51,290 bases of DNA from Candidatus Woesearchaeota archaeon (GTDB lineage: Archaea > Nanobdellota > Nanobdellia > SCGC-AAA011-G17 > JAGVZF01): NCBI GenBank assembly GCA_018302805.1, contig JAGVZD010000001.1, positions 1 through 51,290 on the forward strand, read 5' to 3'. Of the stretch, positions 9,660 through 19,040 are shown piece after piece. Under the pieces are notes generated by a model that worked only from the letters and a program-made list of their open reading frames with translations, had not been told where the DNA came from and did not search any database. Numbering within the stretch: the first letter of the stretch is position 1; each line of letters begins with the position of its first letter. A program made the position numbers and the translations under genes.

Positions 9660-11131
9660 TATACATTATCTTCTTCTTGTTGCTTAGATTGTATTTTTGA
9701 TAGTAAGTATTTTTGCGCATGTGGTTTTAGTTCACTTTCCAACATCAATTTTCTCTGGAATTTTTGGAAATTGGCTTGAGTCATTTCCATGCTATCTATC
9801 TCATCAAATAAGGTTCTAAATTCTTTCTTTCCAGCTTCTTCAATTAATGGCTGGAAATGTCTCTTGACAACTAAATCTTTACTGATATCGTTAATCTTAG
9901 ATTTTTCTGGAGCAATATCCCCTCTAAGTACTTGGGGTAATTCTTTTAATGCATCTTTAACTGTATTATATGATTGAGTTGCCTTATCAACAAGTTGTTC
10001 TAAAAATTCTAATTTTGCACCATAAAATGGATCTTTACCTAGAATCATCTCATTTGGTTGAACTCTATGATACATTAAATAAGGTGCAATAGTAGATATT
10101 GTTTCTACTTGAACCTGTGGATTTTTAGGATCTGTGAATGCATTTACAAACCAAGCATATGCTTTTCCCCATCTTTGAAAGTCGAGGAATGCTCTACCAC
10201 TAATTCCAGTTTGCGTCATTTTACATATGGCTGCTGAAGTGTCAAAACCACAGCCTTTACATCTTTCTCCAACTGGGATTTCATTGTGTGATTTATCAAA
10301 GTAATCTGCTCTTTCACAAGTTGACACTGCCTGTGTTAAATAAATTGCATATACTAAGGCATCAGGACTCATTCTTACATCTTTTGAAATTAATTTTCTG
10401 GTTTTAGTAAGCTCGTCGAATGTCATTACTGGAGTTACTTTTAAATTCTGAAGTTTATCATCAAGTCTTTCTGCTAATAATGATAGGTCTGCTGCTGATG
10501 GTATTTGTGGTGCCGGTACACAGAAACTAAATCTGTCTATAAATGGCTTACTTAATGGATATGTACCAGAATCATTTGGATTTTCAGTGGCAAAAGCTAT
10601 GAAATCAGGTATTTCATATACTTGATCAATGAATTCGATTCTTCCTTTATTCATGATTTCAAATAGTGCATTTTGTGCTGGTGGTGGAAATCTATTAACT
10701 TCATCAATTATTTTTACAGGACATTTTACAAAATTTCTCCATAAAACTTCTTCTTCACCTGTAGTCATTAATTTTCCAAGCCTTAAAGTTGCTAATAATG
10801 TATTTACATTTTGGTCATCATTACCCCTGATCATAGCACTAAGGATCTCATCTTCAGGTATAGAAGTTAACATATGAGTTACCTTTTCTATTAAAGTTGT
10901 TTTACCTCCGCCATGACCACCTCTATAAATTACTCCACTTTTTGGAACTAAAGCATTAACTATTGCAGAGCTTGTAACAGGATCTAAATAAATTTTCTTT
11001 ATTTCTCCACCAGAATTTTTGTATGTAAATTCTATAGCCCCTCTACTGTTGTAATAAATACCTTGAGTAGGAATTTCTGTATAAGCTGTTCTTACCTTTT
11101 CCCTTAATGAATCATGAAGTTTTAAGTCCAT
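9659..11131 (-). CDS. MoxR-family AAA+ ATPase
   Basis: Walker A GGHGGGKT, Walker B IIDEVNR, QNAL.E.M, FATENPND.GTYPL...FIDRF (MoxR-type sensor/arginine-finger region), SGRA; extra Cys cluster C..CKGC..C. Confidence 0.9.
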   Translation of the reverse strand: MDLKLHDSLREKVRTAYTEIPTQGIYYNSRGAIEFTYKNSGGEIKKIYLDPVTSSAIVNALVPKSGVIYRGGHGGGKTTLIEKVTHMLTSIPEDEILSAMIRGNDDQNVNTLLATLRLGKLMTTGEEEVLWRNFVKCPVKIIDEVNRFPPPAQNALFEIMNKGRIEFIDQVYEIPDFIAFATENPNDSGTYPLSKPFIDRFSFCVPAPQIPSAADLSLLAERLDDKLQNLKVTPVMTFDELTKTRKLISKDVRMSPDALVYAIYLTQAVSTCERADYFDKSHNEIPVGERCKGCGFDTSAAICKMTQTGISGRAFLDFQRWGKAYAWFVNAFTDPKNPQVQVETISTIAPYLMYHRVQPNEMILGKDPFYGAKLEFLEQLVDKATQSYNTVKDALKELPQVLRGDIAPEKSKINDISKDLVVKRHFQPLIEEAGKKEFRTLFDEIDSMEMTQANFQKFQRKLMLESELKPHAQKYLLSKIQSKQQEEDNV

Positions 11132-11132
11132 T

Positions 11133-11936
11133 TTATGCCTCCGTTAATATTAATTCTGGATGATATTTTGATAATCTGTCAAATAAATTGGATTTAACAA
11201 TATCTGTATCTGGTGTCCCATTATAGTTTGATATAAATTCGAATAATTCTACAAGATCACAATACATTTCTTTTATTTCTTTAACTCCAGTTTGTTCACA
11301 AAAATTTTTTAATTCTGTTTTTGATGGCATTTTAAAAAAATGCAAAACTACTTTTCTTAATGGTATTTCAAATTCTGATAGTGCCAAATATTTATCAGAT
11401 TCCCAGTTTGAAAGTTCAGCACATCTTCTAAATTTATCTCCTTCATTTATAAACAGACTTAAAAATTCATAATTTGGTATAGAGAAAAAATTAGGACCTA
11501 CATCTTTAACAAAATGTGATATTTTATCTTTCTGTAATAATAATTCTAATTCATTGTACTCACCAGAGGGAATATCGATATGGGTTGTATTAAGTAATAA
11601 TGCTGAAAAGTCTGTTTCCTTTAATAGATAACCTAAATCTACATCAAGATCACTTACTAAGTTTATCAATTCAGGCTTTGTTAAAGGTACAAAGCTTGGT
11701 AACAAATTTTTCTGAAATCTAAACCACGGGAGATATTTTTCAATTGGTGCATATGAGCAGCAATCGCCATTTCTATTACTTGTCCGTCTGTAATTTTCAT
11801 TATGCATATTAACTACAGATCTTACATAACCTCTAAGCAGTTGAATTATTTGATTATTTGGAGTTTCAATTAATTTAGGTTGTTCTGGTTTATTTTCAGG
11901 AACTTCAAGATTTTCGAGCTGTTGGTCTATTGGCAT
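11133..11936 (-). CDS. MPID-tag protein, group D (267 aa)
   Basis: MPIDQQLENLE; F.IP...FLSLFI..G and terminal L...HPEL shared with 17516-18298. Confidence 0.8.
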   Translation of the reverse strand: MPIDQQLENLEVPENKPEQPKLIETPNNQIIQLLRGYVRSVVNMHNENYRRTSNRNGDCCSYAPIEKYLPWFRFQKNLLPSFVPLTKPELINLVSDLDVDLGYLLKETDFSALLLNTTHIDIPSGEYNELELLLQKDKISHFVKDVGPNFFSIPNYEFLSLFINEGDKFRRCAELSNWESDKYLALSEFEIPLRKVVLHFFKMPSKTELKNFCEQTGVKEIKEMYCDLVELFEFISNYNGTPDTDIVKSNLFDRLSKYHPELILTEA

Positions 11937-11966
11937 GTTTTATCAATATTTTAAGCTTTTTAGTGA

Positions 11967-11980
11967 TTTATAAACCTTTC
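11967..11980 (-). promoter_or_regulatory. BRE/TATA promoter inside the MPID array, driving the ATPase sub-operon
   Basis: GAAAGGTTTATAAA about 30 nt upstream of the ATG at 11936, in a 74-nt intergenic gap. Confidence 0.6.
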
Positions 11981-12010
11981 GTTTTATAATCTCTAAATAG
12001 TAGTAACATT

Positions 12011-12901
12011 TTAAAGTAGTTCTAGTGCTTTGACTTTTGTAGTAGCCTGACGAATTCCAATGAAATATGGTTTATTATGAATTGGAATAGTACAATTTAA
12101 TATTAAATAATTCGCTTCACCAGGGAAACCAGACGCCGAAATATCTGAAAAGGCTTCAAATGTAGTCCCACATGCATCCATTGGAGCTTTATAAACTAAA
12201 CCAAGATTCATTCCTTTATAAACATTATTATTAGTTGGCAAACCTTGAATACTTGGATACATTAACCAATGATTAAAATCAATTCCAGTTGTTAACCCCC
12301 TATTTTCTGATAATGTTTTTACATCTAACTCTTCCACTTTAAAATCTAATTGACTTTGTGTATTAAATTTATAATATAATACAAATAAAGTATCTTTTAC
12401 TTTAATGTAATTCTGATTTAACCATTCCCCTTTTGTTTTATCACAAGAAAGTAAATCATCAATAATCGAATTTTGTTCATTGGTTTGAATTAAAATTCCA
12501 TGTCCATTGTATACTTTCTCCTGAGTTATTAATTTTAGAAATTCAATAAAAATATTTGGAGGTAAGATGAAGCTATTTAAATCTCTCATCAGCAGATTTG
12601 CTTCATGAAGTGAAATATTATGTATTGGATCGGAGTTATAAAATGGCTGAAATGGCCTATCATAATTGTGAAACTCTTCATAATCTATTTTCAATTTTTT
12701 ACATATACTTTCAATTTTCTTATCATTAACTAATTTCCTTTTGGCAACTAGTAAATCTGGATGTTCTTTGGTTTCTGGCAATAAAACAAATTCATCTAAA
12801 TATATTTCTGGAATAATTTCTTTTTCAGATGGATATTTTATCTTATTTTTTATTTGTATTTTTCTATTTTCCAATTTCCTTAAATAATCATCTATTGGCA
12901 T
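12011..12901 (-). CDS. MPID-tag protein, group A (296 aa)
   Basis: MPIDDYLRKLE; LLPETKEHPDLLV, GEWLN, WL..P..QGLP, terminal GIR. Confidence 0.8.
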   Translation of the reverse strand: MPIDDYLRKLENRKIQIKNKIKYPSEKEIIPEIYLDEFVLLPETKEHPDLLVAKRKLVNDKKIESICKKLKIDYEEFHNYDRPFQPFYNSDPIHNISLHEANLLMRDLNSFILPPNIFIEFLKLITQEKVYNGHGILIQTNEQNSIIDDLLSCDKTKGEWLNQNYIKVKDTLFVLYYKFNTQSQLDFKVEELDVKTLSENRGLTTGIDFNHWLMYPSIQGLPTNNNVYKGMNLGLVYKAPMDACGTTFEAFSDISASGFPGEANYLILNCTIPIHNKPYFIGIRQATTKVKALELL

Positions 12902-13629
12902 TATTTACTCCTTATTCTAGCATGACGTACCCCGAGGACAGGATCCGAGCTCGAAGGATCCCTATTGCAACTCAGGAAAGCCCCGACTGAATCAGCGTAG
13001 AACCAAGCGACACAATTATTGTCCTCCAAGGGGGCATAATAATATAACTCCCCATTTTTAATTTTACGAGGCGGTAATCCGTGAATAGTTGCTGTATTAA
13101 GCCAATCGTCTAAATTAATTCCTATACCTGCACCTTTGAGTAAATGATTTGAAGATGTTCGAATTTGACCTGGTATTAAGTCACCATTAATAATTCGATT
13201 ATCATATTTTATATATAATAGATTATTATTAATATTAAAAAGTGCATCTATCCATTCTCCTCTTAAAGGATCTCTTTTTTCGAAAATATCATCTAAAATT
13301 AATTCTAATATTTTAGGTTCTATTAAATTTCCATTTTCATCAAATGCTTTGCCATTTTTCAGTAATTTAAGAAAATCCACATATTGCCTTAGATTTAACA
13401 TGAATGAATCTTCTTCATATAATGCTTGATGTGTTTCATACCAATTTTTTCCATGATGTGACTTTCCCATAGAAACTAATAAATCTGGATATGAATATGT
13501 CTCATGTAATTTTCCTTCAAGGATTATGTATCTTCGAGTATTTTCAATAGAAAATATTGGTAGTGGATTTAAAATCTTTTTTGATACCCTGGATCCTTCT
13601 AATTTTTCTAGATACTTATCTATCGGCAT
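12901..13629 (-). CDS. MPID-tag protein, group A, with a DGR variable-region-like C-terminus
   Basis: MPIDKYLEKLE; C-terminus VAWFYADSVGAFLSCNRDPSSSDPVLGVRHAR encoded by a GC-rich stretch. Confidence 0.8.
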   Translation of the reverse strand: MPIDKYLEKLEGSRVSKKILNPLPIFSIENTRRYIILEGKLHETYSYPDLLVSMGKSHHGKNWYETHQALYEEDSFMLNLRQYVDFLKLLKNGKAFDENGNLIEPKILELILDDIFEKRDPLRGEWIDALFNINNNLLYIKYDNRIINGDLIPGQIRTSSNHLLKGAGIGINLDDWLNTATIHGLPPRKIKNGELYYYAPLEDNNCVAWFYADSVGAFLSCNRDPSSSDPVLGVRHARIRSK

Positions 13630-13631
13630 TT

Positions 13632-14447
13632 TTATGTTTTAATTCTTGCATGTCGTACTCCAAAATTATCATCATAGTATTCAGAACTCGTATCAAAAAA
13701 TAGACCAGTGCCCCAGGAATCAACCCGGAAATAAGCGATATCAAGGTACTTTGTTGAAGGCCAGTAATAAAATTCTCCACTAGCAACATCTTTTTTAGGC
13801 AATCCTTGTTTTGTTGAATTTCTTAACCAATTATTAAGACTAATTCGCTTTTCTTGTATTAATGCATCTTCTTCTATTGGTTCTTCAACTTCTGTTAATC
13901 TACTAGTAGGATCAAATTTAAGATATTTTATTTTCCCACTGTATATTAGTTGATTATTAATCCTCTTTACTTTAATGTTATATCTTCCATTTAGCCATTC
14001 CATTCTCGCAGGACTTCTTACATTTAATAAATCTTCTAATATTGCCTCTATTCTTCTTTGAGCAACTGGATTATTATTTTCATCTAATGTATTTCCTGAC
14101 ATTAATTTATTTACAAATTCAACAAATAAATTTAGTGGAAGTGTAAATCCGCCCAGAGCTGTATTTATATCAATAGCTTGATCATAATTACTGATTCCTA
14201 AATATCCATTTTTATATAATGAATCTCTATTATCATTATTTTGCGGATTTATCTCAAGGGATCTCACAAAACTTTCTATATTTTCTGTGTACACAAACCT
14301 TGTTTGCGAAACCAATATATCTGGATGTTCTTTGGTTTCTGGCAATAATATGTATGATTCAGTATCCAGACTAATTGAATTAGGTAATTTTATTTTACTA
14401 AATATTCTTATTCCTTCTAATTTTTCTAGATATTTATCTATTGGCAT
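13632..14447 (-). CDS. MPID-tag protein, group A (271 aa)
   Basis: MPIDKYLEKLE; R.EWLN, WLRNSTKQGLP, IAYFRVDSWGTGLFFD...FGVRHAR. Confidence 0.8.
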   Translation of the reverse strand: MPIDKYLEKLEGIRIFSKIKLPNSISLDTESYILLPETKEHPDILVSQTRFVYTENIESFVRSLEINPQNNDNRDSLYKNGYLGISNYDQAIDINTALGGFTLPLNLFVEFVNKLMSGNTLDENNNPVAQRRIEAILEDLLNVRSPARMEWLNGRYNIKVKRINNQLIYSGKIKYLKFDPTSRLTEVEEPIEEDALIQEKRISLNNWLRNSTKQGLPKKDVASGEFYYWPSTKYLDIAYFRVDSWGTGLFFDTSSEYYDDNFGVRHARIKT

Positions 14448-14449
14448 TT

Positions 14450-15190
14450 TTATTTAAATACATTAAAAAATGATTTCTTTAGTTTGGGTGATTGATCTTG
14501 AAACCAACCATCTTGATAATGATTTGTAATTAGCTTTATATCAGTTTTATCTTTTGAAAAAATTTCTAAATTATTTAAATATAACACAAAATAAGAAGGT
14601 GTAATCTTATGTCCTGTGATATGTGTAAAATCATCTTTTAATTTAGAAATAAGTTTAGACAAAGCTGTTCCAAGGCTTACTACTTGAACTAAATTTTGTG
14701 TATTCATTAAATCTTTTGAGATATCATCCATTCTTAAACATAGATCTATTAAATGAGGCGAAGGATTGCTTATGTCAGGTAAATTATCTGAAAATAAATT
14801 GATATTATAGTATGTTTCTACGGTTTTATCCTTGATCCATTTATAAAGAGATGGTGGAATTGTCACTTCACTGCTTGGGTAATTGGATAAAGTAGTAAAG
14901 GAGATTTTCCAATCTTCTAGGTTTGCCGATAAATTTCCTAGATTTTCTGTAACTCCTAAATAAAAATTATGATATTGTTTAAACCTCTCTAGTTGATTTA
15001 AAATATCTATGGTATAAGCATTCATAGTAGTGAATGGCGGAAATTGTTTACCTATTAATTCAAATTCTTTGAATAATTGAGATAATTCATTGACTGGTAA
15101 AGTTAAATTTGATAATTGATTTTGCAATGGCAGTTCTTGAGCCTTGGTATTTGAAACTTCTAACTCCGATAATTGATCATCTATTGGCAT
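14450..15190 (-). CDS. MPID-tag protein, group B (246 aa)
   Basis: Start at MPIDDQLSELE; L..W..SF, IPPSLY, TQNL..VVSLG, terminal SPKLKKSFFNVFK. Confidence 0.8.
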   Translation of the reverse strand: MPIDDQLSELEVSNTKAQELPLQNQLSNLTLPVNELSQLFKEFELIGKQFPPFTTMNAYTIDILNQLERFKQYHNFYLGVTENLGNLSANLEDWKISFTTLSNYPSSEVTIPPSLYKWIKDKTVETYYNINLFSDNLPDISNPSPHLIDLCLRMDDISKDLMNTQNLVQVVSLGTALSKLISKLKDDFTHITGHKITPSYFVLYLNNLEIFSKDKTDIKLITNHYQDGWFQDQSPKLKKSFFNVFK

Positions 15191-15192
15191 AG

Positions 15193-15924
15193 TTATATAT
15201 TCCACCATTTCTTTGGTTTTGGTGAAAGATCTTTAAATGAACTAGTGTAATCATAGTATGTATTTAATTTAATCATCGTTTTATTTTGTGAAAACTGCTT
15301 AATTGAGTTTAAATATGCAATAAAATTACTAGGATTAATCTCGTAACCCTTATACATTATATATTGTTGATGTAATTTACTCACTAGGGTATTCAATCCA
15401 GATCCCATTGAAACTACTTTAGATAAATTTTGGGTTGTTTGCAACTCATTTGAAATCAAATCTATTTTTTCACATACATCTGTTAACCATGGAAGTGATG
15501 AACAATTATATTTTGATTTTTGTGATGCTTTATTTATTTCTGAATAAGCAGCATTAACTTCCTTTATAATCCAATCATATAAGGAATTTGCAATTGTTGT
15601 ATCATTATTATTTATAGAAGGTAATAGATTAAATGATGATTGCCAGTTATTAAGTTCTGAACATAATTTCTGAAAACTATTACAAACATCACTGTAAAAT
15701 ACTATATACGGATGAAACCTTTCCACTACTGTCAAAATTGAGGCTGTATACATATCTAAATAAGAATTTGGTGGAATTTCTTTTACAATTGTCCTGAATT
15801 CTAATAATAAAAATGCCAGTTGATCTGCAGGTAAAATTAAATTAAATGGGCTCGGCAATGAGTTCTTTAGTTTTACCTTTGTGTTTGAATCTTCCAATCC
15901 TGATAAATGTTGGTCTATTGGCAT
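15193..15924 (-). CDS. MPID-tag protein, group B (243 aa)
   Basis: Start at MPIDQHLSGLE; collinear with 14450-15190; terminal SPKPKKWWNI. Confidence 0.8.
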   Translation of the reverse strand: MPIDQHLSGLEDSNTKVKLKNSLPSPFNLILPADQLAFLLLEFRTIVKEIPPNSYLDMYTASILTVVERFHPYIVFYSDVCNSFQKLCSELNNWQSSFNLLPSINNNDTTIANSLYDWIIKEVNAAYSEINKASQKSKYNCSSLPWLTDVCEKIDLISNELQTTQNLSKVVSMGSGLNTLVSKLHQQYIMYKGYEINPSNFIAYLNSIKQFSQNKTMIKLNTYYDYTSSFKDLSPKPKKWWNI

Positions 15925-15926
15925 GT

Positions 15927-16718
15927 TTATTTTCTTCTCCAAAATGATTTCTTCAACTTAGGTTTTGATGTGTGGTCTTGTATATTTAGTAATTTACCAC
16001 CATTGCAATACCCAGAGATTAAAGTTTTACCATGAGCAAAATTCACTAAACGTTCAATATCATCACAAAACTGAGTACAATTAGGAGGATTTTCCTTTTT
16101 CCAATTCCAATATGGACATGCATAATATCCATTTATCTTATTTATTTGGGACAGAATAGAATGACCAAGTAGATTTACATCAACCAAATCAGAAGTGTTA
16201 TATAAATCTACTAAATTATTATTAATCCCATTACAATATTTTAAAATTTCATATGTTACGCCAGATTTTGGCTGAATTGTTAATTCTGTGGAATTAATTT
16301 TTTTAAAGGCTTCTTCTATTGGGTCTATTATTTGGGCGTATAACGATGGCGGTATTTGCTTAGGATTATGTATAAATGCAGATAATTCTCTGATGTTTCT
16401 AAATGATCTACTCCAAACTTGAAGATTTTCTGAGAGGTTTGACATAGATTCTGCAAAATTAGAAAGATATTCTCGGTATGGCCATATATCTTTTATTTTA
16501 TCTAGAAGATCTCTAGTTGATATTTCATCTGTAGTATAATGACTGAAATTTAACTTGCCCCAGGTTTGAGCGAAAATTGGATGTAAATTTGCTATATTAT
16601 TTGATGGAAGCATAAATGGCGCTTGGAATCCATATAATATTTTCTTTTCTATTCCATTATTTTCTTTTCCTTTAGAAGGTAAATCTTCAAGATTTTCGAG
16701 CTGTTGGTCTATAGGCAT
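15927..16718 (-). CDS. MPID-tag protein, group B (263 aa)
   Basis: Start at MPIDQQLENLE; NLS.NL..W..SF, IPPSLY; terminal PKLKKSFWRRK. Confidence 0.8.
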   Translation of the reverse strand: MPIDQQLENLEDLPSKGKENNGIEKKILYGFQAPFMLPSNNIANLHPIFAQTWGKLNFSHYTTDEISTRDLLDKIKDIWPYREYLSNFAESMSNLSENLQVWSRSFRNIRELSAFIHNPKQIPPSLYAQIIDPIEEAFKKINSTELTIQPKSGVTYEILKYCNGINNNLVDLYNTSDLVDVNLLGHSILSQINKINGYYACPYWNWKKENPPNCTQFCDDIERLVNFAHGKTLISGYCNGGKLLNIQDHTSKPKLKKSFWRRK

Positions 16719-16720
16719 TT

Positions 16721-17506
16721 TTATTTTCTTCTCCAAAATGATTTTTTCTTATTTTGTGTAATTGGTGGATTTTTTGGAGATATGTCTATCAAGGATGATT
16801 CAAAATTATTCCAATGATATGTAGAATAATTAACCTTTGATTTATTTTGGATAAAAGTGGACAATGACCTAATACAATTTAAATATTGGCTAGCCGGTAA
16901 TTTTCTATTCTGATCATTATATTCAAGCACAGATATGTTTTCATTTAGAGTATGAATCACTCGGAATAACGCACCAGCTATCCAGTTTAATTCTATAAAT
17001 CTATTATTTGAACCAAGTTCTCTATATAAATCTTCAAATTTCCTGCAATCATTAAATATCCAAGATTGATAACTCTGATCAAGAGGTATATCCATACTAG
17101 CAAGGGAAATTTTTGTAATCGCAGTCTCAAGATCTTTTAGGAGGCAACCTCTAACACTTTCTGGAACTATTGAATTTTCATTTAACTTGCTTGATTGAAT
17201 CTCTACTGGAATGTCACTCAAATTTTTCTTCCAATTTGATATTTCAAATCCGGTTACATTTAATGCTTGACTAGTTGTCACATATAATGCATAGTAGGGT
17301 TGAAATTTGTCTAAAATTGGTTTTATTTCTGATACATTCATCTCATATGACTGACCATATTGTAAAATTGATTTTACTTTTTGAAATTTTGCAACCATCT
17401 CTTCAATTTTTTCTGCAGGTAATCTATATTCAAATCTTAAATCAATAGAGTTTGCTTTATTAGTTTTGTTTGATTCCAAGTTTTTAAGTTGATCATCTAT
17501 TGGCAT
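16721..17506 (-). CDS. MPID-tag protein, group B (261 aa)
   Basis: MPIDDQLKNLE; LPA, F.PY, NW, terminal DISPK...KKKSFWRRK. Confidence 0.8.
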   Translation of the reverse strand: MPIDDQLKNLESNKTNKANSIDLRFEYRLPAEKIEEMVAKFQKVKSILQYGQSYEMNVSEIKPILDKFQPYYALYVTTSQALNVTGFEISNWKKNLSDIPVEIQSSKLNENSIVPESVRGCLLKDLETAITKISLASMDIPLDQSYQSWIFNDCRKFEDLYRELGSNNRFIELNWIAGALFRVIHTLNENISVLEYNDQNRKLPASQYLNCIRSLSTFIQNKSKVNYSTYHWNNFESSLIDISPKNPPITQNKKKSFWRRK

Positions 17507-17515
17507 TTTACATCT

Positions 17516-18298
17516 TTAATAATTAATTGTTAATTCAGGATGAAATGTTGTTAATTTTTCATACAGACCTTTCCTTAATTTTTGAGAGTCTCGCGTTGAC
17601 CTAATATAGTCTACTAAATCCAATGTCTGTTCTATCATATTACTTAAATTCTGAGAGGAATATGGTTTTTTCAAGTATTTTGTTATATTATCAAAGTTGA
17701 GAATATCTGTCATGTCCATATGTTTAACATCGTTGGTGAGAAATAAAATTGGTTTATCTCTTTCATCAAAACTTTGTGATACCGAAGATAATTCAAATCC
17801 ATCACTTATAAATAAACTCAAGAATGTCAGATCAGGTATAATAAATACGTGGTTTGTTAAATCATTAAATGCCTGGATTAAAGGATAGTTTAAAATCTTT
17901 GGAATTACAAATTTTTCATTCCCAGGGATTGGATAAACTACTCTAGAGCATAACTTCTCTATATTAGGTATTTCACTATGTTCAGAGAAATCTGAATCTG
18001 CGTCTAAAGCTATCTCAATCATATTTGATGGATCATAACAACCAAGTATATGTTTAAGACCCGGTCTGAATTTAAGGAAACAATATAAAGACTCTAACAT
18101 TTTAAACTCGTTATCACCATTTAATTTTATTTTTTGAACATGTTTTGGTAAAAGTTCAGAATCACCTAAATTTAATATTTCATGAGAATAGGACATTAGT
18201 GCATCAAGAACATAATCTTCTTGCGGTAGGTCTTGTGATTTGTTTGATTCGTTATCCTTATCTGTATGCATTTTCCTAATTTGGTCATCAATTGGCAT
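17516..18298 (-). CDS. MPID-tag protein, group D (260 aa)
   Basis: MPIDDQIRKMH; FIIPDLTFLSLFISDG, terminal LYEKLTTFHPEL. Confidence 0.8.
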   Translation of the reverse strand: MPIDDQIRKMHTDKDNESNKSQDLPQEDYVLDALMSYSHEILNLGDSELLPKHVQKIKLNGDNEFKMLESLYCFLKFRPGLKHILGCYDPSNMIEIALDADSDFSEHSEIPNIEKLCSRVVYPIPGNEKFVIPKILNYPLIQAFNDLTNHVFIIPDLTFLSLFISDGFELSSVSQSFDERDKPILFLTNDVKHMDMTDILNFDNITKYLKKPYSSQNLSNMIEQTLDLVDYIRSTRDSQKLRKGLYEKLTTFHPELTINY

Positions 18299-18299
18299 T

Positions 18300-19040
18300 T
18301 TACACCTTTAACTTTGCTGCTCTAAGTCCCATTGAACTTACTGCCAAAGGATACACTCCTAAAAATAATCCACCATCCTTTAATATACTCGAATCTTCTG
18401 GAAAAATAATTATCCTTAAACATTTTGGCTGCGAAGCGAAACATGAGAATGAATATCCTAAACTTCCGGGAGAGATATCATACTCAGGTAATCCTTGATC
18501 ATTTGATTTGATTATCCATTCTTGATAACTAATCCTTTTGTTGTGACAATCCTTCAGGGTTTTAAACTCTAATTCCACTGTTTTTTCTACTAATTTTTTA
18601 TTTTCAAATTGATGAAAAATAATATAATCTTCATTCTTTTTTCTTGATAAAACAGCATCAAGCCATTCTCCCCTAGGAACATGTTTAGGTTCTTTTATAT
18701 CCACCAATAGCTTTTCTATCGTCGAATATTCAACTTTGCTACCATCTCCATAAAATACAGATCGTGATTCCAATATCTTTAGAAAGTCAACATATTGCCT
18801 CATTGTCAGTAAAAATGATTGTTCTTTTTGAAGCATGGTGTGGATTTGATAAAATGGATTTCCATAATGAGTTCTGCTTAATGGAACTAAAATGTCTGGA
18901 TAAGAATAGGTTCCATGTAATTTACCTTCTAATATAATGTAATTTTTTAATTTATCGGATGGGATAGATGTATCTAATTTATTTTGATTTGAGTTTTGTT
19001 GCATTTGTTCAAGATTACCCAGATAATCATCAATCGGCAT
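18300..19040 (-). CDS. MPID-tag protein, group A (246 aa), closest to 8177-8917
   Basis: MPIDDYLGNLE; LKNYIILEGKLHGTYSYPDI, LESRSVFYGDG, terminal KLKV; overlaps the VWA gene end by 11 nt. Confidence 0.8.
   Translation of the reverse strand: MPIDDYLGNLEQMQQNSNQNKLDTSIPSDKLKNYIILEGKLHGTYSYPDILVPLSRTHYGNPFYQIHTMLQKEQSFLLTMRQYVDFLKILESRSVFYGDGSKVEYSTIEKLLVDIKEPKHVPRGEWLDAVLSRKKNEDYIIFHQFENKKLVEKTVELEFKTLKDCHNKRISYQEWIIKSNDQGLPEYDISPGSLGYSFSCFASQPKCLRIIIFPEDSSILKDGGLFLGVYPLAVSSMGLRAAKLKV

Noticed and set aside
12929..12965. Palindromes GGATCC / CGAGCTCG as a DGR hairpin
   Set aside because: They lie inside the VR-like coding sequence rather than downstream of it, and the stems are short.
6698..16736. 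ORF-track N-terminal extensions (starts 6727, 7430, 8280, 15208, 15942, 16736)
   Set aside because: They overlap the upstream genes. The internal MPID Met sits 1-2 nt after the upstream stop codon, as in the other array members.
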